IMG/VR virus record: IMGVR_UViG_3300028558_000016
Span: 418,157-482,156 of that record
Length of the DNA: 64,000 nucleotides
Direction: 5' to 3' (one strand)
The translations under genes were made by a program, and so were the position numbers. A model generated the notes under the pieces. The model ran no database searches. It was not told where the DNA came from and saw only the letters and a program-made list of their open reading frames with translations. Below are positions 36,824 through 46,067 of the stretch, piece by piece. The number at the start of each line of letters is the position of its first letter. Positions within the stretch are counted from its first letter, which is position 1.

Positions 36824-37180
36824 TTATTTAAACTTAGATGGCATGTTTGGCATTTTAGCTGATGGCATCTTCACGCCTTTCATAAATTTGCCTGCCTCTT
36901 GACTCGGATTCATCGAACCTGATTGAGAGCTTGTGTCTTTTTCTGCTGCCTGTTTCTTTTTAAGAACGTCAGTTAAAAGTTCCACATATTCCTCGTATTC
37001 CCAATAGGGCCAATTGTCTATTTGTTCCGGAGAGATCTGCATGTGGTACATGAAGGCAAATTTAACCTTGATGTAGTTCTCGAGATTTACTTGGAATAAT
37101 CCAAACAATCCCTGCACTTCAGATTCTTCCATCAAACCTTCATCACTCTCCTCCAAGTATGTCTGCGAGAGGGTCGCCAT
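36824..37180 (-). CDS. gp51: T4 gp51-like baseplate hub assembly protein (start uncertain)
   Basis: LENYIKVKFAFMYHMQISPEQIDNWPYWEYEEYVELL; follows the gp26-like gene. Confidence 0.6.
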   Translation of the reverse strand: MATLSQTYLEESDEGLMEESEVQGLFGLFQVNLENYIKVKFAFMYHMQISPEQIDNWPYWEYEEYVELLTDVLKKKQAAEKDTSSQSGSMNPSQEAGKFMKGVKMPSAKMPNMPSKFK

Positions 37181-38180
37181 AAAGGAAGAGGGATCGAACT
37201 CCTCCGGGAAAGCTCAGAGGTGCAGAGACCTCAGCTCCGCATTTGTTACATTGTCTCGTCAATTTCGTCTTAACTCCGAATCTTATTAATTCTACAAGCT
37301 TCAACATTGCTGAAAGCTTTTTGGTGTTCCAACCAAAAGAATCCTGTTCAGCTTTCTTGTAAGAAGCATCTGTCATTGTTCTCCAATCGGCGAACGCAAA
37401 CGAAGCAACCTTTGCAAAAGTTCTGTCAAAGAATTCTTGTTTTCTTCCCTTGTCTCTCAGGTAATTCTTAATGAAAGTCGTCACTCCAAGAGATGGAATA
37501 TAGAGCTTTAAAGTTCCAACTTCTTTTGAGGGAATCACGAAGCATCTTTCAGAAGGAGAATAGAATCTCATCAGCTTAGGATCTATCGTGTAGTATTCAA
37601 AATTGTCGTTGTTCAATTCGATCTTCTCGTTGTAAGAACCGTCTCCAAGGCAGGTCTGTCCGCATTTTAAATTCACGAAAAGCTTGTTCTCTCCATTCTT
37701 AAATGTCAAGGCTCTTATCGCGAAAATCAAACAGAATCTGTCCTCTTCTTTTAGGTCCTTCCAGTTTGCGTGTCTGTCTGGAAATTTAACCTGAAGACAT
37801 TTGTCAACAACCATGTTAAGCTTGTCGTCCAAATCCAACGGGTCATTCTCGTCAATCGTAGAGAAGTGTCTCACCTCTGCAACGGATGCCGCTCTGATGT
37901 TGAACGTTGTTCCGTCTGGGTAGAACATGCCTCTTGATGGAAGGTTCTCTGATGGGAAAGGCTTCCATCCTATCTCAACTCCTGCAGCTTCTTCCTGAAT
38001 GGTTTGCTGCTGTTTCCAACCTTCTGATTTTCCGAGTGGAGCAACCGTTTCGGCAACTTCTTCCTTGGTCAAATCTTCTGGCTGTCCTTGCGGTTCATCG
38101 TATACTATACCTGAAGCCGCTTCCTTTTGCTTGAGAAGCTTTGCAGCATCCTCGTCGCTTATTTTCTTATTGTTATCCAT
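37143..38180 (-). CDS. gp26: T4 gp26-like baseplate hub subunit
   Basis: LPSRGMFYP..IRAASVAE..LKCGQTC..CNKCGAEV..GVRSLF. Confidence 0.7.
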   Translation of the reverse strand: MDNNKKISDEDAAKLLKQKEAASGIVYDEPQGQPEDLTKEEVAETVAPLGKSEGWKQQQTIQEEAAGVEIGWKPFPSENLPSRGMFYPDGTTFNIRAASVAEVRHFSTIDENDPLDLDDKLNMVVDKCLQVKFPDRHANWKDLKEEDRFCLIFAIRALTFKNGENKLFVNLKCGQTCLGDGSYNEKIELNNDNFEYYTIDPKLMRFYSPSERCFVIPSKEVGTLKLYIPSLGVTTFIKNYLRDKGRKQEFFDRTFAKVASFAFADWRTMTDASYKKAEQDSFGWNTKKLSAMLKLVELIRFGVKTKLTRQCNKCGAEVSAPLSFPGGVRSLFLYGDPLADILGGE

Positions 38181-38203
38181 TTGAATCTATTATCGTTTTG
38201 TAG

Positions 38204-39001
38204 TTATACATCTGAATCATCAGATTGTTCCTCTTGGTCATTTTCGAGGATCCTTCTTATCTTGTCTCGTACCCTTGCCGCTTCCTCATAGTCTTCATTC
38301 TCAATCAGATTCTGAAGCTCTTTCTTTAGCTTTTCTATGTCATCTCTGTCTTTGAGTTTAAATGCTTCTATCTTTTCCACGCCAAGCGATTCAAGAACCT
38401 CATCAAGGACTTTCTTCCTTGCTTCAGGATCTCCGTAATAGCTCATCTCAAAAAGAATGGAATGGATCACCTCGAATAGCGTGAAGGCCTTCGTGCAGGA
38501 GAGAACAATCGACTCTTTTTCTGCGGAGTTTACCTTTCGTACTATGTAATTTTCGTTCAACCTAACTTCCATTTTCCTGTATGATGATACCGGAGAGAAT
38601 TCGACGCTAAACAGTTCTCTGTCCTTACCAACACCTCTCATTCTTGCGACGCTGTACAATGTCATGTCGTCATCCGTAACCGGATCTATCTCATGCGCAA
38701 TCTCCATCCAGGAGAGCGTTTGATCTTGTGGGGATTCTATGTTCATTTCGTTCCAGAACTTGATGAAGCTTTGCCCTGCAAGAGACGAATCGAAAATATA
38801 ATCGGTCGTCTCGGGATTCAACGCAAGTAAAAACATGATGTCTTCCACTAAGACTCCCTCGTCAACCGTCACCGGAAAGGTGAGGTATGACACTATTCCG
38901 AGGCTTGTGCCAAGTACATCCAATGATTGTCTCGTCTCGTTTCCCTCTTCATCAATCTCAACGAATTCGAAAAAGACTCCTTCCTTTGAAATTCTTATCA
39001 T
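38204..39001 (-). CDS. Hypothetical protein with C-terminal UVR motif
   Basis: LKKELQNLIENEDYEEAARVRDKIRR. Confidence 0.7.
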   Translation of the reverse strand: MIRISKEGVFFEFVEIDEEGNETRQSLDVLGTSLGIVSYLTFPVTVDEGVLVEDIMFLLALNPETTDYIFDSSLAGQSFIKFWNEMNIESPQDQTLSWMEIAHEIDPVTDDDMTLYSVARMRGVGKDRELFSVEFSPVSSYRKMEVRLNENYIVRKVNSAEKESIVLSCTKAFTLFEVIHSILFEMSYYGDPEARKKVLDEVLESLGVEKIEAFKLKDRDDIEKLKKELQNLIENEDYEEAARVRDKIRRILENDQEEQSDDSDV

Positions 39002-39081
39002 GAGGTTCGTATTATTTGAGGCGGTAACAGAATATCTGTGGCCGTCAAATTATATATTTTCTGGAAAATTTAGGCAAAATC

Positions 39082-39615
39082 CTACTTGTCCATCAAGGAC
39101 AGATTGTGCAACTCTATCTTAGCGATGAGCTTTTTAGAATAACCTGGATCTGTTGCATATCCAGCTTTAAGCAATCCCTCGGCCCAACCCTTATAGTCGC
39201 ATGGGTCCAGTTTGAAAAGGAAAGCGTATCGTTTTGCGCCTGCAAGGAAAACTGAATGGTCTCTGTAAGAATCGAGAACCGTCGGATATTTTCTAAAGCA
39301 TTCGTCTTTTAAATCGTCAGTGTATTTGTAGGTTTCTCCCCACCAATCTCCCTTGCATTTTATTCCAAAGTGGTTGTTGGCCTTTGTGGCAAGGTCGCTC
39401 TTTCCAGCAGCACTTTCTAACAATGCCTGAGCGAGAGTTATGCTTGCCGGAATTTTGAAGATCTTCATCTCAAGTATGGCAGCATCTCTGTATTTAGAAA
39501 TGTATTCGCTCTCGGTTTTAAATTCTATCTCAGCCGAAACGGCAGGTGAAAATTCTCTATAAATGAAGAAAATAACTATGAAAGAGAAGAATAATCCTAT
39601 TAATAAATTTTTCAT
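39082..39615 (-). CDS. Glucosaminidase (GH73/FlgJ-type muramidase), N-terminally anchored
   Basis: IPASITLAQALLES..SDLATKANNHFGIKC..GYATDPGY. Confidence 0.9.
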   Translation of the reverse strand: MKNLLIGLFFSFIVIFFIYREFSPAVSAEIEFKTESEYISKYRDAAILEMKIFKIPASITLAQALLESAAGKSDLATKANNHFGIKCKGDWWGETYKYTDDLKDECFRKYPTVLDSYRDHSVFLAGAKRYAFLFKLDPCDYKGWAEGLLKAGYATDPGYSKKLIAKIELHNLSLMDK

Positions 39616-39887
39616 TTTTTCTTGTAGAAATCAAATAAATCCTGCCACATGTGCTGGTTGGTTCCAGTCTTAATGTCTTCCAAATAGGCATCAAACATTC
39701 CTCTGTCCTGTCTGTATAAGTAATCACCGGCTAAACTCTTTCTTGCTCCTGTCGCTCTGCTGCTTGCGGTCTTGTTGTCTTTTCCATAAACCTCGTTCAT
39801 GAGTTTTCTCAATAAAGGAGCCGTGATAATCTTTTTAAAATTCTCAAGTTCTTGGTCAAATCCCTCGAATATTTTTAGGTATTTCAT
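39612..39887 (-). CDS. Motif-bearing small protein
   Basis: Starts MKYLKIFEGF. Confidence 0.7.
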   Translation of the reverse strand: MKYLKIFEGFDQELENFKKIITAPLLRKLMNEVYGKDNKTASSRATGARKSLAGDYLYRQDRGMFDAYLEDIKTGTNQHMWQDLFDFYKKK

Positions 39888-40237
39888 TTGATGTTATTCT
39901 TCTTGAGAACCGCTCTGTACATCTTGGCGATGTCATTGAGCTGAGGAATTCCGTCAAATTCCATTCTCGCCTGAGTCACTCGGTCTTTCTTAAGTTTATC
40001 CTTTCCAGAACCATCATATTCAGTGTATTCTATGAAAAGATTCTTGTTCTTGTAAACTACCGGCTTATATTTCATTGGAGCTTCCCATGTGCTCGATTTG
40101 TCGATTACTTCCAAAGGATCTCCATCAATATCAATCGCTTTAGCAATCAAAGCATTTACCTCTGCAACCTTCTTTTGAATTGCTGCGTCTGACATCCCCT
40201 CATTTAGGAAGTTCTCATATAGTTTTATGTGTTTCAT
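39884..40237 (-). CDS. Motif-bearing small protein
   Basis: Starts MKHIKLYENFLNE. Confidence 0.75.
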   Translation of the reverse strand: MKHIKLYENFLNEGMSDAAIQKKVAEVNALIAKAIDIDGDPLEVIDKSSTWEAPMKYKPVVYKNKNLFIEYTEYDGSGKDKLKKDRVTQARMEFDGIPQLNDIAKMYRAVLKKNNIK

Positions 40238-40842
40238 GTAATGGAAGCTTCTACGGTAGCTTTAATTATTTTTGGCATTTCGTCTTCAAAATTCTTTGCG
40301 AGATTAACGGTATCTATATTAGACAATTCGGCAATGACATCATGCGTTGACAAGAAAGAATCCAATAATTCATCAGAAAGCTTTCCAGCAACAATGCAAA
40401 TCATTACTGTTAGAGCAACGTTACCGAATGTTTTCTTTTGTTCTCCGTTCAACGAATCTATGAAATTCTTCAAAAGAGGAATCTTATTAGAAATTCTTAA
40501 AATCAATTTGAAAATTCCTGCCGTGTATATGTCTCCTTTGTGCTTCAACCATTCAGCCATTTTAAATGTGACTCTGCCAACCTTCTCGCTTGATTCCATT
40601 CCAATATATGTCAATGCAGCACTCGCGAGATGTGCTACTTTTCCAAGACTCAATGCTGCACCTATTGCTAATGTGGCCAAAACGGCTTCATTATTTCCGT
40701 CAAGCTTTGCTACAAGCACTCCGTCTTTTTTAATCTCTTTCTCGGTATCGGAAGCGATCTTATCGTCATCAACGATTTTTAATATCTCGTCGAAGATGTT
40801 TACGTCGATCTCAAATTCCTCAAACAGTTTTATGTGTCGCAT
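40234..40842 (-). CDS. Motif-bearing protein with hydrophobic helices
   Basis: Starts MRHIKLFEEF. Confidence 0.7.
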   Translation of the reverse strand: MRHIKLFEEFEIDVNIFDEILKIVDDDKIASDTEKEIKKDGVLVAKLDGNNEAVLATLAIGAALSLGKVAHLASAALTYIGMESSEKVGRVTFKMAEWLKHKGDIYTAGIFKLILRISNKIPLLKNFIDSLNGEQKKTFGNVALTVMICIVAGKLSDELLDSFLSTHDVIAELSNIDTVNLAKNFEDEMPKIIKATVEASIT

Positions 40843-41099
40843 TACTTTTCTTCTTTATCTGTTTCTTCCCATTCTCTTATGGTGCCTTCAGCATCCCATA
40901 GAGCACAACACATTCTCTCAGAAACCTTCTGGTCAACCTGAGGATGCTTGCACATCTTTTCTTTTAGATCTATGAATTTACAATTAGCACAGTTTGTGCC
41001 TTCAACATTTTCTGGAAGCGTGACAAGATCTGCCGCTTTTGCTCTATCGAGACGGCTTGGTTTGTCCTCTTCATTCTCGTAAATCTTTAAGTGTTTCAT
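40842..41099 (-). CDS. Motif-bearing HiPIP-like Cys protein
   Basis: Starts MKHLKIYENE; CANC-x8-C-x13-CCALW. Confidence 0.6.
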   Translation of the reverse strand: MKHLKIYENEEDKPSRLDRAKAADLVTLPENVEGTNCANCKFIDLKEKMCKHPQVDQKVSERMCCALWDAEGTIREWEETDKEEK

Positions 41100-41101
41100 T
41101 G

Positions 41102-41431
41102 TTATCCGAGTAATTTTTCAAGCTTTTTAACGAGCGTTTCTACGGTAGTTGAATATCCGTATAAACCATTAATGTCTGTTCCAAGACTTACTCCTCTGTT
41201 TGACATTGTAATTTTGAAATTGGTTCCAAGATAGGAACATTCAAAATAATCATTGGTAAAAAAGTCTATGTCATCATTTTTAATGACAGTCTTCTTTATT
41301 CTTATTCCAGCGGCCTTCAATTGAGTAGCAACAGCGCTCATGTATTCTTTCTTTGCTTCGCTGTAGATTCCACGTTTGACGTCCATAAGATTTCCAGCAG
41401 ATGCAGCCTCAAATAATTGTAAGTGTTTCAT
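41102..41431 (-). CDS. Motif-bearing small protein
   Basis: Starts MKHLQLFE. Confidence 0.7.
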   Translation of the reverse strand: MKHLQLFEAASAGNLMDVKRGIYSEAKKEYMSAVATQLKAAGIRIKKTVIKNDDIDFFTNDYFECSYLGTNFKITMSNRGVSLGTDINGLYGYSTTVETLVKKLEKLLG

Positions 41432-41432
41432 A

Positions 41433-41741
41433 TTATGCTTTAGCTCTTTTTATGTGCAAGTAAACAAACTCATCCACGTCTTCCAAGCTTCCCTTTACTT
41501 TCTTTGGAAATTTGTCAGTCACCAACTTATAAATACGTCTTGCTTCTGTCTTATCTTTATCACCTGGAGTTTCATCTCCTGTGTTACCATTTTCTCTTGT
41601 AGTCAATAGGATCTCATCATCGTCTTCCTCTTCAATGTCAAACCAACTATGTTCTTTCTTTACGAAATCACATATTTCTTTCCATTCAGTCGAGGTTGTT
41701 TCTTCGTTCAAGAATCCCTCAAATAGTTTAATGTGTTTCAT
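41433..41741 (-). CDS. Motif-bearing small acidic protein
   Basis: Starts MKHIKLFEGFLNE. Confidence 0.75.
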   Translation of the reverse strand: MKHIKLFEGFLNEETTSTEWKEICDFVKKEHSWFDIEEEDDDEILLTTRENGNTGDETPGDKDKTEARRIYKLVTDKFPKKVKGSLEDVDEFVYLHIKRAKA

Positions 41742-41743
41742 AT

Positions 41744-42139
41744 TTAAGATTTTTTAGTTTGGTCGCTGATGTCTCCAGGTTCTACGTCTGCTGGAATTTC
41801 TTCCACGATGTCAACCATAGTTCTGTTATACAAAGCTGCTTCCTTTTCTGAAAAAGAATCAGATAAAGCTTTGATGAAAGCCTTTGGAGTTTTTGGATTT
41901 AAGTTGATGCTTCTCTTATGTGAGTGTCCAATCTCAAGAGTGTAACCGAAATATCCGATCATGTCCTCAACTGTTCCCTTCACATATTTAATTCTTGTTC
42001 TTCCTTGACCCTTGTCGTAGGTTACTTTAACGATGAAAGCTTTTCCAGGTTTTGCTGGCTTTGCAGCTGATTCAGGATTAGGTGCATCAGTGAATTTATT
42101 CTCGTTGATAAATCCTTCAAACAATTTAATGTGTTTCAT
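41744..42139 (-). CDS. Motif-bearing small protein
   Basis: Starts MKHIKLFEGFINE. Confidence 0.75.
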   Translation of the reverse strand: MKHIKLFEGFINENKFTDAPNPESAAKPAKPGKAFIVKVTYDKGQGRTRIKYVKGTVEDMIGYFGYTLEIGHSHKRSINLNPKTPKAFIKALSDSFSEKEAALYNRTMVDIVEEIPADVEPGDISDQTKKS

Positions 42140-43124
42140 TCTTCTTGATTATTATTTCTCTGTTACCAGGTATAACGTTGTATTCTTTTCCTAAAACATC
42201 CTGTATCATTTTGATCTTGCTCGTCATGTCACCGGTTTGTTTAACCGTAAATCTTCCAGTAGCATCGAAGGTCTTGCTGTATGTTATAGGTTTCCATGTG
42301 CTGTCTGTTCCGAAATTATGTCCAAAGCTATCTCCAAGTTTTGCTCTTAATAATTTTAATACCTCTTTATATGGATGTGTTTCTGCCGTTTTTACTATTT
42401 TTACTGGAACTTTTAATCTCGATTTTATCTTCAGCATGTTAGTGTTCTCGCTCTCGTCTGGAGTGCTTAATGCTTCCAAATAAATTTTTTCTGTAAATTT
42501 CTTAGCATCTTCTATTTGGTCCTTTTCAAATCTTTTATTCATAACCATGTTTGGACCGCTGGTAGTTTGAAATGAAATCTTCCATTGGTCAAGACCGTCT
42601 CCTCCAAGATTTGAAGCTAAAAAACCAGAATTGTATAATGATGCAACAGTCTCTCCGTGAATGGTCAAATGCCAAGCTCTTAATTCATTGTCATGGCCTA
42701 TTGAAGATTTTCCATATTCTTTGGCATTCTGCTTCCAAGAAAATTTAACGGATTCTTCAGCTTCATCCAATTCCTCGTTGGATTTTCTGTCTCCCATTAT
42801 GGTGTAATAAGTTCCTTCACCGTTCATGCCTTCGCCAATAATGTCAAGCTTGTAATCGCTTTTTTGTAATGCTTCTATGGCATCCCATGCGTGACCTTCT
42901 GAATCGAAGTAGTCATCGGTTCCATCAAATCCTTCATAATCGTCATCAACGGTCAACTCGTGGATGTAAAGAGTCTCACCTGCTTTCAACCTCTCTTTTA
43001 CTTCTTTAACCTCTTCCTTATCGAAATATTCTTCATAATCAGAAAAACTCTGTGAAGTTAATTTTTCAAAATCTGGGCCGAGATCATTAGGATCGAAATT
43101 TTCAAATAGCTTAATGTGTTTCAT
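42126..43124 (-). CDS. Motif-bearing multidomain protein
   Basis: Starts MKHIKLFENF at the second Met; about 332 aa. Confidence 0.75.
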   Translation of the reverse strand: MKHIKLFENFDPNDLGPDFEKLTSQSFSDYEEYFDKEEVKEVKERLKAGETLYIHELTVDDDYEGFDGTDDYFDSEGHAWDAIEALQKSDYKLDIIGEGMNGEGTYYTIMGDRKSNEELDEAEESVKFSWKQNAKEYGKSSIGHDNELRAWHLTIHGETVASLYNSGFLASNLGGDGLDQWKISFQTTSGPNMVMNKRFEKDQIEDAKKFTEKIYLEALSTPDESENTNMLKIKSRLKVPVKIVKTAETHPYKEVLKLLRAKLGDSFGHNFGTDSTWKPITYSKTFDATGRFTVKQTGDMTSKIKMIQDVLGKEYNVIPGNREIIIKKNETH

Positions 43125-43126
43125 TA

Positions 43127-43387
43127 TTATGCTTTGCTTGCTTTTACCCATTCATCCCAAAAGTCTTCACCGTCCATTAAATAATAACCTATGAAGTCGG
43201 CTATCTTTTCTGGAAAATCTTCGATGCCTTTTATTTTTTTAGGATCAATTCCAAATCTTTTAGCGTTATCAAACACGAATTTACCCAAAGGCTCTTTCAT
43301 GTGTCCTCTGTTTCCAAGCTCTTTTGTAACTTTTTCTACAGTGTTTAATTCTGTATGGAAGTTCTCGAATAATTTAATGTGCTTCAT
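43127..43387 (-). CDS. Motif-bearing small protein
   Basis: Starts MKHIKLFENFHTE. Confidence 0.75.
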   Translation of the reverse strand: MKHIKLFENFHTELNTVEKVTKELGNRGHMKEPLGKFVFDNAKRFGIDPKKIKGIEDFPEKIADFIGYYLMDGEDFWDEWVKASKA

Positions 43388-43397
43388 AATTATAAAT

Positions 43398-43694
43398 TTA
43401 TTTTACCCAATCCTTAGATCTTCCGGCGTTGTCATCTCCTAAATTATTCTTGTATTGCTCGTGTTCTTTCTTGTCTTCAGGTTTAAGCAAAGGTTCAACC
43501 TCTTTATAAGTTGCATCCTGACAATCGTCAAGACTCTTTCCAATCTTATACTTGATCATGTAATTGGTTTCTCCAGCCATGTCACCAAACGGTTCTTCCC
43601 AAAAGAACACTTTCTTTCCGTTAGTTAAGTCGTAATAGTCTGGACCCATGTTTGAATCCTGATCGAAATCCTCAAATAATTTAATGTGATTCAT
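43398..43694 (-). CDS. Motif-bearing small protein
   Basis: Starts MNHIKLFEDF. Confidence 0.75.
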   Translation of the reverse strand: MNHIKLFEDFDQDSNMGPDYYDLTNGKKVFFWEEPFGDMAGETNYMIKYKIGKSLDDCQDATYKEVEPLLKPEDKKEHEQYKNNLGDDNAGRSKDWVK

Positions 43695-44104
43695 TATTTA
43701 AAACTTTTAGTTAAAAAATTCCATGCAGCGTTTGCTTCAGACTCTTTCTTAATATCTACTGATGCTATAGTTCCAGCCATTGGATCGTCGTATAGAATAG
43801 AAAATTTTCCTTCTTCATTAAAGAAGAATAGTTGTCTTTCTGACTTATCTTCGTTCTCAAGGAAATATCCATCAATAGAATTACCCTGTTTAATTTCCAT
43901 ATCAGATGCTTCAGAGACAGTCCATTTTCCTTTTTTTGATTTTACATCATTAGAAAAATCTTCTAAAAATTTCTTGAAGCTCTCATACTCTTCATCATAA
44001 GTAAGAACGTCCAATGCGAACTTTCCAACTTTTTCTATAGCGTTAGCAACGTCAACGAGGATCCCCTCGTTTGTAAATTGCTCAAATAGTTTAATGTGCT
44101 TCAT
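43694..44104 (-). CDS. Motif-bearing small protein
   Basis: Starts MKHIKLFEQFTNE. Confidence 0.75.
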   Translation of the reverse strand: MKHIKLFEQFTNEGILVDVANAIEKVGKFALDVLTYDEEYESFKKFLEDFSNDVKSKKGKWTVSEASDMEIKQGNSIDGYFLENEDKSERQLFFFNEEGKFSILYDDPMAGTIASVDIKKESEANAAWNFLTKSFK

Positions 44105-44286
44105 TATTTCTTATTAAGGATTTCTTCTATTTTTGTCCTCTGTTCAACAGACAAAGCAATTGGTTTGCCCATGTGAATGAACGAATAAACGGTTTCGCCT
44201 GAATTTTTACCTTCAGCTCTTTCTATTCTTATTTGTTCTGGGTTAAGATAGTTTGTATCTTTTTCGAAAATTTTAATGTGTTTCAT
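44104..44286 (-). CDS. Motif-bearing small protein
   Basis: Starts MKHIKIFE. Confidence 0.7.
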   Translation of the reverse strand: MKHIKIFEKDTNYLNPEQIRIERAEGKNSGETVYSFIHMGKPIALSVEQRTKIEEILNKK

Positions 44287-44287
44287 G

Positions 44288-44773
44288 TTACTTGTTCTTT
44301 AAATATGTATCAAGCAATTTCTTGCCGCTTTTCGTCCACTTCTGTTTGTATAGGTCTATGTCCTTCCAACGTTTCAGAGCTTCCTTAAATAATTCCATAC
44401 CAGTTCCCTTTGATTGTTCTTTTGGATCGACCATGACATTTATGTTTCCCTTGTCCTCGTATGGTGGAAAATCGAACGGGTAATGATTTAAAACACCTAT
44501 GAGCTTTCCTGATTTATTTCTATATAAAAGACAGTCAACCCATTTGTCTCCAACCTCACCTTTGAAATAACTTATTCCAGGTTCTCCTTTTTTATCATAT
44601 TGTCCAATCTGGTGATCCCAGAATTCCTTGAAGTTTTCAATGTCTGGAATCTCAATGACCTTCTTCTTTGAATTCGCTTTTTCCACGTTTGCTCTAACGT
44701 GAGCCAAATCATGAGACTTTGCGTATTGGTCGTCCTTGTTTTCAAATAACTTAAAAGACGTTAGGTGTTTCAT
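44288..44773 (-). CDS. Motif-bearing GNAT-family acetyltransferase
   Basis: Starts MKHLTSFKLFEN; acetyl-CoA motif A VMVDPKEQSKGTGMELF. Confidence 0.7.
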   Translation of the reverse strand: MKHLTSFKLFENKDDQYAKSHDLAHVRANVEKANSKKKVIEIPDIENFKEFWDHQIGQYDKKGEPGISYFKGEVGDKWVDCLLYRNKSGKLIGVLNHYPFDFPPYEDKGNINVMVDPKEQSKGTGMELFKEALKRWKDIDLYKQKWTKSGKKLLDTYLKNK

Positions 44774-44997
44774 AAAGATGCAATACTTTTTTTAAATGAA
44801 TCAACATCAGATTGAGACTCAGATATAAAATACTTTACGCCTGAATGTGAAGCTAATAAAAACATTTTGTGTTCTTTTGCCAGCTTGGTGATTTTCTTGT
44901 TAGTTTCTGAATCTTTCGACCATATCTTAACACCTAAAAAATCCTTTAAAAATTCAATATTTGAGTTTTCACCCTCAAAAAGCTTTATGTGTTTCAT
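44770..44997 (-). CDS. Motif-bearing small protein
   Basis: Starts MKHIKLFEGE at 44997, just after an AATATATA box. Confidence 0.7.
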   Translation of the reverse strand: MKHIKLFEGENSNIEFLKDFLGVKIWSKDSETNKKITKLAKEHKMFLLASHSGVKYFISESQSDVDSFKKSIASL

Positions 44998-45076
44998 TAT
45001 CGTATATATTTGGTTATAAAACAAAAACAGCAGGTTTCCCTGCTGTTCCGTTAATTTTATTGAAGTAAACCGAATA

Positions 45077-45646
45077 TTAGACGAAAGTGTCCTCCCAGTA
45101 GTCAGCTGCAAATGTCAGCGACAGAATCCAAACGTCAGTAGATTGGTAATCTAATTCCATTGGATTGATAGGAGTGATAGGCCACATTACCGGTAGTCTC
45201 ACTTTTCTGTGAATGTCTCCAGCTTTGTTGAATATTGTTATTAAACCTGAACCAACGTAATCCTTCTTTAATCCCATACCACCGGTATTTGGATTGTAGA
45301 TAAGGTCGCTCCATTGTCTCAAAGTCTTGAAGGTGTACATGCTGTTTGCATCGTTTAAGTTAACCTCGAAATCGATTGCTACATCGATCGTGGTTGTCTC
45401 TGGACGAGCACCTGCATACCTTCTCTTAGCGAACTTGTAGTATTGTTCCACAGTTCCAGGGTTCTTGTCTATCTCTAAACCAGATACCTTCTTAACGTGT
45501 TCCAACAATAGGTTCTGCCCGTTGTTTCCTGTTCCAGCATCAATTCCAGAGGGTGGAATCAATGTGACTTCGAACTGATTCAAAAATACAGGTTCGAAAT
45601 TTTTCATCGAAGCCTTACTATTCTTATAATGCGATAAACCTGCCAT
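45077..45646 (-). CDS. gp19: Tail tube protein (T4 gp19-like)
   Basis: EPVFLNQFEV..QYYKFAKRRYAG..LRQWSDLIYNPNTG..KKDYVG..WPITPINPMELDY..TFAADYW. Confidence 0.85.
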   Translation of the reverse strand: MAGLSHYKNSKASMKNFEPVFLNQFEVTLIPPSGIDAGTGNNGQNLLLEHVKKVSGLEIDKNPGTVEQYYKFAKRRYAGARPETTTIDVAIDFEVNLNDANSMYTFKTLRQWSDLIYNPNTGGMGLKKDYVGSGLITIFNKAGDIHRKVRLPVMWPITPINPMELDYQSTDVWILSLTFAADYWEDTFV

Positions 45647-45682
45647 TATTATAAAGTGTTATTTTTCTCTTTTATTATATAT

Positions 45683-45815
45683 CTAAACAGTTTCGAATTT
45701 CCACTTAAACCCATGAGCTGTCTTTCTTTTTGTTCCAGCACAACATTCACGTATGTTTCTGTGATTATAACCTGTTTCTCTATATATCTCGTATCTTGTA
45801 TATGACAGACTTCAT
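45683..45815 (-). pseudogene. Collapsed GIY-YIG/NUMOD1 homing endonuclease remnant
   Basis: MKSVIYKIRDI* followed in another frame by RETGYNHRNIRECCAGTKRKTAHGFKWKFETV*. Confidence 0.7.
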
Positions 45816-46067
45816 TTACTTTATATTCCCGTCTTTATCCCAAGTTTTTTCTCCAGCCAAATTATTATCAGGTTTTATTGTCTTTAGAATGTCTTGGTAT
45901 TTGATCTTGTATTGTTTAGCTATTTCTTTCGCTGCCTTTATAGTTCTTGTATTGGAACCTAAAACCTTTTTGTATAATTCCTTTTTCAAGGAATAAAAAT
46001 CTCTAAGGACTTCATCCATAACAACCTCTTCGTTCAGAAAATTTTCGTATAATTTAATATGTTTCAT
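45816..46067 (-). CDS. Motif-bearing small protein
   Basis: Starts MKHIKLYENFLNE. Confidence 0.75.
   Translation of the reverse strand: MKHIKLYENFLNEEVVMDEVLRDFYSLKKELYKKVLGSNTRTIKAAKEIAKQYKIKYQDILKTIKPDNNLAGEKTWDKDGNIK

Noticed and set aside
37100-37180. Programmed frameshift joining the gp26-like and gp51-like genes
   Set aside because: No clear slippery heptamer in the overlap, and in-frame ATG codons offer independent starts.
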